Of a DNA stretch of 64,000 bases, positions 1-14,108 are shown in pieces. The stretch comes from the human T2T-CHM13v2.0 reference genome, Homo sapiens: NCBI RefSeq assembly GCF_009914755.1, contig NC_060942.1, one strand, 5' to 3'. The notes beneath the pieces were generated by a model. The model ran no database searches. It was given only the letters and a program-made list of their open reading frames with translations, and was not told the origin of the DNA. Each line of letters starts with the position of its first letter. The stretch's first letter is position 1. The position numbers and the translations under genes were made by a program.

Positions 1-169
<169 letters not shown>

Positions 170-1529
170 GTGAGTGCATGCTTTTTTAAGCCATTAACTT
201 TAGAGCTACGAATATGGTGGACATGTTTTCCTCTTTTCCCCTCTCCTACTTTGCCAGCTTGACATGATGGTTGAAGTAAACCCATCCAGTAAATCCTGAT
301 GTGTGGCAAGAATGAATGTGTGTGACTTTTACAGCTGTCAGAATTTAATGCTGTTCAGCAAATGCAGTCTGGTTTTTCAGGTGTAGTCGTGATTACAGAC
401 AGCCTTGTCAGATCGCTTGCATTATGTCCTTTTAGAATTGCTACCTCCATCAAATCTGATCTTCTTTCACTTCAGCCTATCACAGAGTCAGCTATGCAAA
501 TGCACATAAATACATGACACTTTCCATGGTCTCCTAGCAAAGACAGTAATACAGAAAAGCTGCCCCCTCAAACATTAGAATAATGCAATTCCTATTTAGA
601 AGACAAACTACAATTGTTAATAGCACTAAAAATAAATCAGAATGCATGAAAGTGGATATACTGCGAGCAGACAGATGGCAATCATCCATTCAAAGGAAAT
701 TCTCAGGGATTCATTAATTGTCTGGAGAAGGAAGATCGTGTCATAATCGGGCCAGAATCTTGTTTGAAAAAGAGATACACATACATCCAAATCAGATCTA
801 TCAATATCATTGTATTTCATGGCTTCTATTGGTAGGTGCTATTTAATTGATTCTTTATATGCAACAGTCAGACTTATAACTCAGGAAAGTGTCTCAGTGT
901 TTGCCTTTTGACTGAATGTTCACGTTATTTGCTGCCAGAAGCTTTGCACATTGTCATGGGGAAAAGTCAGTCTTCACGCTATTTGACATTAACATAAACT
1001 CCTAAGTGTAAGTTTCATTTTCCATCAAGAAAGAATAGACCATGAACATTTTTCACGCAAGAGGCCATACCTTCTACTCCTTTCGTAAGTCGCCCCTGGA
1101 TAAAACGCAGTCCTCTATCTGCAGAGGCACTTGATAAATGTCACCGACGAATTCATTCGCCGTCAGGTGACAACAGTGAGAATAGAGACCAAATGACAAT
1201 AGGGAACAGGAGATGGCAGTGGGGTGAGGGTGAGAAGGGATAAGGTTTCAGATGCTCTTATTCTCTGACTTGCTGTAAATATCATCTCATTGATCATAAT
1301 GCCACTTAGAGTTGCAGAATGAACTACTTCGAACGGCCCCTGATTGGCTAATTGTATAATTTTATTCCAACGGAGACCCTCTGGTTCAACACTGAGGCAC
1401 ACGGGAGTATTCGTTGAGAGCTAAACATCTTAACCACCTTGAAATGTAACCATTTGCCTACTACTTCACAGGGCGCAACTGACAAGTCCTTCATGGCCAG
1501 TAACACCAGATGCAGAGCCAGAAAACAAG

Positions 1530-1730
1530 ACGTCAAGTCCCAACTTGCTCACTTAGCCGACCTTTGGCAAGTCATCGTCTCACCCAGTCTCTGTTTCCTT
1601 TTTTGTGTAAATGAATGAGATTGTAATTATCCTAGATCACAGCAAAGAACGGGTGTGAGGATCAATGTGTGGCACTGTCAATATGGACACAGGCCACAAA
1701 GTGCTATGAAATGTACAAGCTTATTGTTAG
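1530..1730 (+). mobile_element. MIR (degraded)
   Basis: MIR-core-like cctttggcaagtcatc...ctctgtttcctttttgtgtaaatg. Confidence 0.7.
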
Positions 1731-2384
1731 CTTGCTATGTGTGTGCACGCACATACACACATGCACACCTACATGCATTGCAATAACAGCAAGTTCAGCA
1801 GGGTCATTCACATGGAAGGGAAGAAGCATCCACTGGGCCCGGAGGCAGGGAGGAACTTACTGGCAGGAGCAACAAGTCAAGCCCCAGTGGGAGGTGACGG
1901 TGGCCTCTAGAGAAGTATATGGAAACACTATGGTTTCAGGAATGAGCACATAAAGTGTATTCATGGAGGAGAACGAATTAATTTTAGAGTTTTAGGTATT
2001 TTTGGCTTTTGCAAAATAGAGGCAGAAAGAAGAAACAGGTGGGTAAGAGGAGAAGAACACTGTGATGTGAAAGAGGGAGACAAGAGTCTGGCGAAGGCAG
2101 AGGCAATAGGAAAGGAATGAAGAAGGAGGGAGAGGAGCAGAGAAGCATGTTAGTAAAAGGCCCTAGGGGCAAAGGCTTAGAGATAAAAATGTGTACTCGA
2201 TCAAAAGCACAAATGCATCAAGACGGTCTCAAGAGGTGAGCAAAAGGAATTTCCAGAGAAGGATTAAAAGAAGTAAACTAAAAATCAATTGTAAAAGCAT
2301 TCAAAGGGCACAAAACAGAGAAATGAAACAGATACCCTTATATTTTCATTGCTCTTTATAGATTTCAAAGTGATATGACTTCAT

Positions 2385-2520
2385 CTATGAGGTAGTATTA
2401 GAGTGAATATTATTATATCGTTGTTTTGATTTTATAAAATTGGAAACCCAGGTGACTTTCCCAAGGTCGCATGTCTAGTACACTGCAGAATTACGACTCA
2501 GGGCCCAAGTTTCTTGGAGT
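2385..2520 (-). mobile_element. MIR fragment
   Basis: gtgactttcccaaggtcgcatgtctagt resembles the antisense MIR core. Confidence 0.65.
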
Positions 2521-4154
2521 TCATACTACATCATACTGCCTGCCAACAGTGCAGAGAAAACTGTCGTAAACAGAAGGAAAACCACATTCAGAAGATAAAA
2601 TGCCTTGCCTTCCTTTCCTCCCTTTTTATTGAAGCATGCTTAGCTAAAACTTCTAACAACTAAAGGAAATATATATATTCTTTCTATAACTAAATACAAT
2701 TGACACAAGTTGATAAAAAAGGAAAAGGGAAACAAAACATTGTTAGAATTATTTCTTGTGCCCATAATCTTTATGCAGTTAAGTTTATTTTATAGTGATA
2801 AAGAATATCAACTGTTGGTAAAGCACATTAAATATTCCTAGAACTTGCCTATGCATAATAGCTCTGAGGGATCTGCCAGGGCTCAGATGAGATGCTGAAT
2901 AATGATGGCACATTGTGCCAGGCACCCTTGCTGAAAATAAATCACCATGCACAGTCCTAATCGGGGAATGTCATACAAGGCTTTGACAAAACAGTACTCA
3001 CTCTCATAATTTGGGCCCCATCAATAAACTTGCAACATGTCAAAGGTAAGTACTCGTCAACTGAAGATGGGTAGGAAATATTTTGCATTTTTTAGGGTTC
3101 TTGTAATACATACATCATATGCCCATCTCTGATTTTAAACTGGTGTCATGAAGTTTCCATGAAGGATGAGGACAGAGACAGTCTCCCTTGAAAAAGGGGA
3201 AAGTAATTCTATGTAGCCTCAAGAGACTAAAACTTCTCATAAACCAACACAATTATCAAATAGATGCATCGTGGTTTTCTTCATGTTTCCGATGTCAAAG
3301 CTATTAAAGGATTTCTTGATTAGAACCATGGGTACATGAAACTCAATTGGAATGCACTTAGGTCTTGCATTTTATACCCGGGAGCAAGGCTCAGTGGATC
3401 AACCTCTATGTATTAAGAGCTGTAATCAAAGGAAACCTCCTTACTTAAAAGTTTTGCCTTGGCATCATAAGACTAAATAGAAGCATACTGTTTGGATTTA
3501 TGATTATATTTTCCAAACGAAATCCAGAAGTATTTATTGTGCCTTTTTATGTGCAAAGTGCTATGCACTGTAAGTGATACAGAAAGTGAAAGATTTCATC
3601 TCTATTCTCCAAATACTCAGAAGCTTGTTAGAAAAGTCATTTAGCTAATGGAAGGTTAAGATATAAGATTTTTAAAAAGTGAGATGGGATGAAAAGAGTT
3701 AGGGTCATATCACTAATAGGTATATGTTTAATGAGTGTGCACTTAACTTTTTCCATTCTCAGCTTTTTCCACTCTGAAGTATGGCTGCTGGGAGCTGTAA
3801 GTGGCATGCAGCATCTGGCAGAGGGCTTGCTGTAGGAGACCCTCCATGAGTGGAAAGCATTTTTATTATTACCCTTCTTTTATTCTAATACTGGTAATAT
3901 TAACTTCTGCTCAATTATGTGCCTTCTCAATAGAACCCCAGTTGTAAAGCATGGTCTCCATGTTCTTCTTTCAATACTAATTTTTGGAGAGAAGAGTAAT
4001 TACTAAAGGAAAGAAAGGCATGAAATCTGATTAGATTGCCCTTTCCACACTCACAAAGCTGTGTTCCCTGTGCCCCAAGCCCGGGGTCATGAAACTACTG
4101 CCCTTCCAGTTCAGGTTGTGTCCCTTAACCCATTAGCCATAGATTAGAAAGTAC

Positions 4155-4241
4155 ACGTACATATACATATACACACACATACATATAAGACACTTTTATA
4201 CATACACACACAATGATATACACACACATGTATGTATGTAT
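4155..4241. repeat. Mixed (TA)/(CA)/(TG) low-complexity tract
   Basis: atatacatatacacacacatacatat...tatgtatgtat. Confidence 0.85.
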
Positions 4242-4309
4242 AAAAGTGCCTTGTATACTGCAAAACTTCAAATATGAGGTGCAGTTGTTGCTGTTATTAC
4301 AGAAAATCA

Positions 4310-4485
4310 GCCTGGCATACTCTGGTGGAGTTCCAGCTCTTCCCTGTACGAGCTGTGTGAAATGGGGAAAGTTGCTTCCACTTCGAAGATCTTGCATCTC
4401 CCTTAGACAATTTTTGGCTGATAATGCAGTTGTAAGAAAGAAATAGCAAAATGTTTGCAAAGCATTTAGCATAATGTCTAGCATA
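4310..4485 (+). mobile_element. MIR
   Basis: ttccagctcttccctgtacgagctgtgtgaaatggggaaagttgctt...aaagcatttagcataatgtct. Confidence 0.75.
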
Positions 4486-4525
4486 AAGTGGGTTTTCTGT
4501 TTCATTTTTTTCTTTCCTCTTATAG

Positions 4526-4640
4526 GTCCCACAGATTTTTGATTATTGACTTCCCTTCTAATTGTCAGCAGCCTTTCAGACAGTTTAGGATGGGTGTCAT
4601 CTTTTCTAACTGTGGCTGTTTTTAAACAGAAAGACAAGGG
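4526..4640 (+). other. Candidate non-coding exon (115 nt)
   Basis: Long pyrimidine tract ending tatag at 4525; donor GGG|GTATGT at 4641; stops in all three frames. Confidence 0.3.
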
Positions 4641-6435
4641 GTATGTGTAGTATGTCTCCCTTTCATGTTTAGGCATCTTTATCACATCAGAGCTAGAAGC
4701 TGTTGCCTTTCCTACCTGCCATAGAGATGGAACTTGCTTTCTTGCCTTATCCTGCTCTCTGGATAATGGATACTGAGAGCACGCACGTGGAGTTAGGTGC
4801 CGTGCCTGGTTCTAAGACATCAGGAGTGCCTATGACAATCTGGGAACTTCCACAGTGTTCTTGAAGGTGTATTTCAAATGCCAAGAACACAGAAAAAGAT
4901 AAGAACCTCAGAGGGGACCCCTGAAATGATACATCAGAAGTCCCCCTCCTAATGGAATGTATGTTGGAAGGGTAAAAGGTTTAGGGTAAATTAATGGGTT
5001 CTGAAAAGATAGAGTGATATGGAAAAACACACCTACTTATATAAATGCCAGGAACTTCTGACCCTCTGAGTTGAATGTGAGATGTGGTAGCTCTTCCTTT
5101 GATGCTATGATGCACCATAAGGTCAAAGATAATCCCCAAGATGCTGAAACCCATTGTGATCTCCACCTACTCTTTACTCTCTGTTACCCCACCATATAGG
5201 GCAGCCATGGCTCTGAAAGGTGGCAGGGGAGGAAGAAAATTAGAAATTAATCATTGATGTGTCAATAATGGTGTTTCATAAGACAGAAAGACAGCCTACT
5301 GTTCAGTGCCCCAGTGACTATCATTGTTCATAGGTATCCTGATGCTGATTCTGAAACTTTCAGGATTTTGAAGGGCAGTCAGTCAAAGACACTTGGGGAA
5401 GATCTGGCACCATCCCTAATTCCTGTTTTCCAGATGCAGAGACCTGGTCTCAACTTCATCAGGAAACTTCATTCCTAATTACACACTAAATCAACTCAAT
5501 CCACTAAAATGTACAAGTGATTCCTGAAAAAATAATTTGCCTTGGAAATATTACATACATCATATGTACAATTTTACAGACAAGCGTACATTGTAAATAG
5601 ACTTATACAATCCCCCAAAACAAAATCTTGTTTTGGGAATAAACACTCTTGGCATAATTTAGTTGAGGTATGAAAATTTCACCCAGTGTTTCATTCTGTA
5701 CTTTGTAATCATCGGCCATCCGTTTCTTACTGGGTAATTACTACTGTGTTTGTCTCTTATCATTACCAGCAAAGTCCCTATTCTTTAATTGGATATTAAA
5801 CACGGAGCCACAGTCCATGGAAAGTAGAAATGCTTTTCATAATGCTGGTCAGCTGGAGCTCCAGCATGTTAATTTCTGGCACAGAATTTGAGGTTTGATG
5901 GAAACTGTAAAAGAGATCTTTGTGTTTAGTTAAATTGAGGAATTTGTAAGACTGGGACATCTGAAGTTTGCCTGCAGCAATGGACATTCAGCTGCCTCTC
6001 TGAGTTGGAATACAGCTCCACATGGCTGCAGGCATCCTCTAAAGTCCATCTCAACAACTCCAAGCATAATTTGGGTTTCTATGCAGACCAACAAGATTGG
6101 GATACAGAAAGGAGACAGAAGCAAAACTGATTTAAAAACAATGCAACTATTACATTCTATGTAATCGTTATAGTGAACTTATTTCTAAAACCTGATTTGG
6201 ATGTGGCCACAGTGCTCAAATGAGGTCCTGGATTTGTATCTAGTGAAGTGGTAACAAGGAAAGACCTACAGAGACAGCATTCATATGCCCTCAAAAGAAA
6301 TGAAGCGTTCTTAATTGCCAGGTAGCTCAGTGAACGGTGGAAGGCAATGAAACAAAACCAGCCCCACAGAATTAATGAGGCAAAATGGATCCCATCACAG
6401 TCTTGAGTGCTATTCACCACTTCCTCCCTCCGCAG

Positions 6436-6580
6436 GGCCACGGTGGGAGTTTCAGGAACAGAAATTTGCCTCGGGCTCATAGGAGACTGAAAGCTCTATC
6501 CAAAGTACCCCGGGCATAGACAGGGTCCTCGGGAGCTGAAGTCCTCGCGGTGCTAAGGATGCTCTGACCCAGGAAGAGGG
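6436..6580 (+). other. Candidate non-coding exon (145 nt, CpG-retaining)
   Basis: Acceptor ccacttcctccctccgcag; donor GGG|GTAATA; stops in all three frames. Confidence 0.3.
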
Positions 6581-6809
6581 GTAATAGATTTTACTCGGCT
6601 TTTCTCCACTTTTACCTAGTTTACCAGCAATTCTCACATCATTCACGACCCAGAAGATTCTTATTCCAATTTTGCACATCTCAAACCATGGCCAGAAGCA
6701 TTCCAATGAAAACACAAAATTTCCTTGGGAGCTGTCAACTTAAACCTGCCTGGCAGGGAGCACAAGTTCCATGGGATGTTAATTGTCATTACTCAGGGAC
6801 AGAAATTAA

Positions 6810-6925
6810 GGTTGCAGGATATAAGCTGATGAGAGAAAAGACCTTATCTGTCTTATTCACAGCTGTATCCCTGGGTCTAGAAGACATGGCAGACCCTCAA
6901 TTGAAAATCTGTTGAATTAATCAGT
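6810..6925 (+). mobile_element. L2 3' end
   Basis: tcttattcacagctgtatccctggg...ctcaattgaaaatctgttgaat. Confidence 0.7.
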
Positions 6926-7212
6926 AAAAATAGTAATGAACAAAAGTAGGAAAAGCACTAGAAGATAATTACATAACATGAAACAAGTTTCTTTGCTGTT
7001 GAGTTTTCTAAGCCTATTAATTACTAAGGTATACAGAAAATCTTTAAGCTGATATCTAGTTGGCACATTTCCCAAATATAATATATGAAACCTTTTCTCT
7101 CATATCATCTGATGGGACTAGTGTTAAACAGAGCATGTTAAATTAATCTTATTTAAACTCTGAGAACTGTTGTTCTCTAGGCAAAATACACATGCCAATT
7201 TTTAAGGCGTAA

Positions 7213-8108
7213 TTTTTTTATTTCAGTAGCTTTTGGGGTGCAAGTGGTTTTTGGCTACATGAATGAATCATACGGTGGTGAATTCAGAGATTTTAGTGCA
7301 CTTGCCACCCGATTAGTTTACACTGTACCTAAGGTGAAGTTTTTTATCCCTGTCCCCTCCACCATCACTTTTCTGAGCCTCCATTATATCACCCTATATG
7401 CCTTTGCATCCTCATAGCTTAGCTACCAATTGTAAGTGAGATCACACGATATTTGGTTTCCATTCCTGAGTTACTACACTTAGAATAATGGCCTCCAGCT
7501 CCATCCAAGTTGCTGCAAAATACATCATATCATTCCTTTTTATGGCTGAATAGTATTCCGTGATATATGTAGACCACATTTTCTTTACCCATCCAGTCAA
7601 TGGGCATTTAGGTTGGTTCCACATCTTTGCAATTGTGAATTGTGCTGCTGTAAACATACAAGTGCAAGTGTCTTTTTCATATAATGACTTCTTTTCCTTT
7701 GGGTAGATATCCAGTAATGGGAATGCTGGATTGAATGATAGATCTACTTTTAGCTCTTTAAGGAATCTCCATACTGATTTTCATAGAGGTTGTACTAATT
7801 TACATTCCCACTAGCAGTGTATAAGTGTTCCCTTTCCTACATCCTCGCTAACATCTGTTGTTTTTTGACTTTTTAATAATGGTCATTCTTGCAGAAGTAA
7901 GGTGGTATCTCGTTGTTTTAATTTGCATTTCCCTGATGATTAGTGATGTTGAGCATTTTTTAATATGTTTGTTGGCTATTTGCATATCTTCTTTTGAGAA
8001 GTGTCTATTCATGACCTTTGCCCATTTTTTAATGAGATTATTTGTTTTTTTCTTGGGGATTTGTTTGAGTTCCTCAGAGATTCTGGATGCTAGTCCTTTG
8101 TCAGATGA
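7213..8108 (-). mobile_element. 5'-truncated L1 (L1PB-like): 3' UTR plus ORF2 C-terminus
   Basis: Minus-strand ORFs 7442-7657 (MFTAAQFTIAKMWNQPKCP) and 7848-8108 ([40 protein letters not shown]) match the L1 ORF2p C-terminus. Confidence 0.95.
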
Positions 8109-8126
8109 ACAAGCCATTTTTTTTAA

Positions 8127-8765
<639 letters not shown>

Positions 8766-9228
8766 TCTCTTCTGGGGTTTCTCATTCTGGTGACTATTTT
8801 GTTTTCTGGCCAACAGTTTTGGCCTATGTTGGCTGATGGGGAAGTACAGGTAACAATATCATAACTTTCACCAAGAAACAAAGGAAAGGTATCATGCTGG
8901 CTGTTCAAAGGCATGCTTTGGCCAGGGCTCAAGGAGTCTTCGAGGACATAGTCAAAGAGGAAAAATAAAAAGGCAATGGCCAGCAAGCGGTTAAGGATGG
9001 GAAAGTCTTTGGGCTTTGTGACTGGTGTCTGAACGCCACTCAGCCTGGCATTGATGTGGTTGGCCGTACTATGATCACGGCCGTGGCATGCCTTGAGAGG
9101 AACTGAACCAGAGCCACATAGTCTGGAGTTCTGAGGCCTAGTGTTGTGGTTTTTGCATATACAGAGGCACATAAGATCTTGATTCATATTTTATGTATCT
9201 CTGTGAGATGAGGAATTCTAAGTGTTCC

Positions 9229-9700
9229 TTACCCCACAGAGGGTAACCTTGGATAAGACAGTAATGTTGTTGCCACTGGTGAGACCACAAGGCCAGACCA
9301 CTGCCAATGCTTCAAGAGTCTCTGCAAATGTGCAAATAGGGCTGGTGTTGGCCAGGACAAACTCTGCCTCTGACTGAAGCCGGCCAATTGTGTTATGCTG
9401 TCCTTGACCAGGGATACTTCAGTCAGGGTGTAGATGACGCCCTGGTCAGCAGCTCTCCAGCAGGATCTGTCAAGTATGGTGGTGGTGCTACCAGAATTGT
9501 TCAGATGTTGAGGCTGATGACACCACACACACACCAAGAGTACGTGGAAAAATGGATCACTTACACCATGGGACTTAGAGCAGGGCCAGCTCCCATGTGG
9601 GCCCAGAATGGCTTGAGCAAAGGGAGGGCCACATGGCTTTGATTTTTATTGCGGTTGGGGCAGGGGCAGAGTGAGGGTTCCCTCTCATCACTGACAGCTC
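9229..9700. mobile_element. Probable old ERVL-type LTR fragment
   Basis: GC-richer block; gctgatgacaccacacacacaccaagag resembles LTR40/41-class LTRs (recalled). Confidence 0.4.
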
Positions 9701-10372
9701 TATTAACTCATTTGTATCATTATGGGACCAGAGTAATAGAAAATTTGAAAATCCATTGACATTTAATAAAGTCCTGAAACAAAGATAAAAATTTATCATG
9801 TAAAATGAGCAGAAAGACAGTGGAAGATACAGTTGAAAGGTACTCATCACCCTGCAGGTTCTGCAGCTGTCTTTGGATAGTCAGCCCAAATGTCCAGTTG
9901 TCACTGAAATAAAATCATCTGACTCCAGCCTCCCAAGCAAGACACCTGAGATGCTGATACACTGACTCGGTACTAAACGGTTCCTTCCACAGCACAACCC
10001 ACAACCCCATAATGCATTAATTACAGAGGATAATGTTCTGGTGGAGCTACCTCTGGCCAGTGGCATACCCAAAGACTCACCCATGGGAAATCCCACAAGA
10101 GAGAGCACTGCCCTAGAGCTGTTGACCGGGGCAAGGGCAAGAGTATGTGGACAGGTGAATGGAAGATCAGTGTCAGGTGAATGGAAGAGCAGTGTCAAGT
10201 CCAAGGAAAATCATACCTCCCCATTACCTATAGCTATCAAATTGCTGGACTCCAAGTGAAAACTTAGGCCTACTAAGTCAAAGATGGCTCAAAAGGAATT
10301 AGAAGCCAATCTTTCTGCAATGCTGCTCTTGTACATATGGTGCCCTGCTCCCTTTTAAAATGTCAAAGTTAG

Positions 10373-11255
10373 TATTTTGAGGAACCTTCACAGTGTTTTC
10401 TATAATGACTGCACTAATGTACATTCCCACTAATGGTGTGCAAATGTCCCTTTTCTGTACATCCTCACCAACACTTGTTATCTTTTGTCCTTTTGATAAT
10501 AGCCATTCTGACAGGCTTCAGATGGTATCTCATTGTGGTTTTAATTTACATTTCTCTGACGATAAGTCATGCTGAGCATTTTTTCATATACTTGTTGGTC
10601 ATTTGTAGGTCTTTTTTTGAACAATCCCACTCCTGGGTATATACCCAAAAGAAATGAAACCAGTATGTCAAAGAGATGTCTGCTCTCCTGTGTTTATTGC
10701 AGCATTGTTTACAACAGCCAGGATATGGAATCAACCTAAGTGTCCATCAGTGAATGAATGGATTTAAATGTGGTCTATATATACAATCAACTAGTAGTGA
10801 GCCTTTAAAGAAGGAAATCTTGTCATTTGTGACAACACAGATGAACCAGGAGGACATTATGATAAGTGAAATAAGCCAGCTGCAGAAAAACAAATACCAC
10901 ATGATCTCACTCATGTGGAATCTGACGAAGTTGAACTCATAGAAGCAGAGAACAGAATGGTGGTTACCAGGGGCTGGATTGGTTAGCTGGGTGGAGGAGA
11001 TAAAGAAATGCTGGTCAAAGGATATATAATTACAGTTAGACAGTAGAAATAAGTTCAAGAGGTCTATCGTACAGTATAGTGACTATAATTAATGATGATA
11101 TATTCTTGAAAAATGCAAAGATAATGCATATTACATGTTCTCACCACAAAAATGATAACTATGTAAGGCAATGCATTTGTTAGCTAGATTTAACTATTCC
11201 ACAAGGCCTATACACTTCAAAACATTACATTTTACAATATAATTTTGTCAACTTA
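10373..11255 (+). mobile_element. L1MA-like 3' end with inverted 5' segment (10373-10620 antisense, 10621-11255 sense)
   Basis: Antisense ORF2 tail joined to sense acaatcccactcctgggtatatacccaaaag and the 3' UTR. Confidence 0.9.
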
Positions 11256-12142
11256 AATATATAAAACATCTTACAACCATTTAGCTGGGAGGCATTAAGA
11301 TTAAGAGATAAAGAGCAACTAGATCTGCAACAATATTTGTGCTTTATACAAAATATGTAAGCATAAAACAGAGTAACGGAATTATTAATATTAAAGACTT
11401 CAATAATATCACATCTTGATAAAATGTAAAAGCAATAAACATAGCAAACTATGTTATGCCCTTTTATACACACGAATGGTCTAACCAGTCAGTGCTTTAA
11501 AGAAGCCATGCCCATTTCCGCAATGCACACCAGGAACCACACAGAATTACCCTTTTTCTTGGTCTTAGTTCTTAACTGCTTTCTTCAGCTACTTCCTGTG
11601 CTTCATTTCCTCCAAGGCCAAAGGTCAGAGGCAAAAACAAAAGCACAAACACAGCCCAAGTTAGGAGGTAAGCCCACAAAAATTTTTTTATGATCCAGCC
11701 CTGCCTGGCACTAAGAGGGCATGTGATTCAAGAGATGAAGTAAAATTACTAAAATTCCACCTAAAAAGACAACTGTGCCAACAACACAAGACAGCATTTT
11801 CACAGCCCAACTTGTGCATGGAAGGTAAGCAGGACTGTGGGACCTTGGAAGAGAGAGAAAAACAGAGCAGTGATCAGAATGGAAGAGATGTGTGTGACTT
11901 TGCAGAAAATAAGATGATAGGAAGAAGGAAGCGTTCCAGGTAGAAGATATAGATTTGGGAAAGGAGCAGAAGCAGGAATGATCTTCAGCCAGTAGAGGAG
12001 AGAACAAGCATGTGACCAGGTTAGGAAAGAGGGCTCTTCTGAGGGGAAGGAAAGATGAATAACTGGGCAAAGGCAGATTAGGAGAATTCTGGATGTCTAA
12101 CAGAAGAGAAAGGGCGCCATCCTGGGCAGGGGAGTTCCAGGA

Positions 12143-12910
12143 TGTAGAAAAACTCTAAGGACATCATCCTTGAAATCTGAGAAACAGTCCTGATCCCCAG
12201 TGGACTAAACAAGCCCCTTTGGCCTAGAAGACCCTAAAAGCTGAGAAAAGGTTAATTAAGTTACTGGATGAGGCATAACGGAAGCCGGTTATACCTCAGT
12301 ATGCCTCTCTTTTTATTAACCTCTAACCAAAATTCTTAACTAAGGAGTAAGCAGAAAACAGCTCTGGAAAGCAAGAAAGAGATGACCCATTCCTTTACTG
12401 CGTTTAGCCAATTGTCTGAGGCCATGACTGGAGTCCTCCTTCCTCTTAACAATTTTGATGTGACAGCTCACCAGTTTCATAATGCAGCCCTTCCTAAAAG
12501 CTGACTGCCATCTCCAGACAAGCTCTGGCCAGAGCTTGCAGAGGATGTACAATGAGGTTTTTCATGTCCTCTGCTTTATCTTTTGATGTCAGAGGGCCAA
12601 AAGCTCCACCCTTGGATCATGCCAAAGCAAACTTTTTTGAACATGTGGTCCATAAAGAGGCAAATAGCTCAATGGTGCATGTGCATTTTTCTCCTTTCAC
12701 AAATATTCATGACTCCTCCTATAACTGATTAAACATGTATGTGTAGCCAACCCACTCAACAGGAATTCCTGTCTTATCCTTCCCTCCCTCGAAGTGCTTG
12801 CTTTCACCTTCTGCCAGAGGCTACACTTCTCAGCCTGCAGGCTACAACCCTTTATGAAAAATAAAGCTCTTCTTTTCACATTTATAAGCTTTGTGATTCT
12901 TCAGTTGACA
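12143..12910 (+). mobile_element. Solo ERV1-class LTR (MER34/MER39-like)
   Basis: Ends gtgattcttcagttgaCA; AATAAA at 12860-12865; 5' boundary approximate. Confidence 0.75.
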
Positions 12911-14108
12911 CATAGAGCTGCAATCTCTCACAAGTAAAGGGGAGTGTTGAGACTCCTCAGGAATTAGGAGAGGAAGACCAGAGATTGGCCTCTCCAACTC
13001 TTTCCAGACGAGCCTTAGGGTACTTGATACTGTGCTCCAGGGTAGATGCTTGGGATAAAATGGCCAGTGAGAAATATTTAAATATCAATTGTGTCCTTGC
13101 TGATAGTTTTATTAAAATCTTCACACTTCTGGTATTTCAACAGGAAACAAAAAGGCCACTGCTAAGCTCTCAGAAAGAACAGGAAAAGGTAGACAAGGAA
13201 AAGACCATGTTGCTAATGAAAACCCTGGCCTGGAGCAGAAGAAGCACCTGAAAGAAGTCATGTGGGGCTGCTGTATCCCCTGCAGGAGGCTGCTCTGCTT
13301 TTAGAAATGGCTGTGTGGGTGGTGCTGCTGGAGCCAAAGCAGCAAGGCTCTGGCTCATATGCACTGGTCATCATTGCCCAAATGCTCCCAGACACTGGAT
13401 TTCACCTGCTTAGAGGCCTGCCTCTTAGCAACCCTTCCCCTCAACTACCAGGATCTCCTGTCAGCAACTAAATACACTAAAATCTCTTCATTCTTAAACA
13501 AATCAAAACAAAACATGTCCACCACAGCCATGATGAGGAATAAAATATCCACACAAATCTATAAGAATGTATTTTATGTATTAGCAACTTAATTGAAAAC
13601 ATGCAAAATTTATTGTTTAGAAAATTAAGATTTTTATATAAGTGTTCAGTTCCCAGATTCAAAATAATTTCTGATAATGTGGTCCTAGATGGCTTCCAAA
13701 AAACAGGATTAGGAAGTGGAGAACACTTTAAAAACTAAAAACTACTACTTCTACTGTATTACTAAGTTATTATATGTATTAATGTTGTTATCTCCACTGT
13801 TTATAGAAGGAAATTACAGTTTTCTTTATTGTCATTTTGTCTCATTTCTACATCATTAGTGGTGCTAGAGATAAAATTCAAGGTCATAAAAATGCAAATT
13901 ACTAATAAATAAAACTAAATAATGCAAATTAAGATGAGATAGTATTTTTCCCCATCAGAGTGTGATGAAAAATACATTCTCATACCTAGTTTGTGGAAGT
14001 AAGTTTGGTTAAACCATGTTGAAAAGTACTTAGGCAACTTATATCAAGAGTCTTAAAATTATTCATTTCCTTTAAAAACCATTAATTCTACTTTTAAGAA
14101 TCTCTCCT

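Noticed and set aside
626-820. Hydrophobic 64 aa ORF in unique sequence
   Set aside because: No recognisable family, no convincing splice sites or partner exons; more likely conserved non-coding DNA
4125-4685. 186 aa minus-strand ORF, the longest in the window
   Set aside because: It runs through a MIR and a TA/CA microsatellite (VCVYVYV-type tail) and has no recognisable domain
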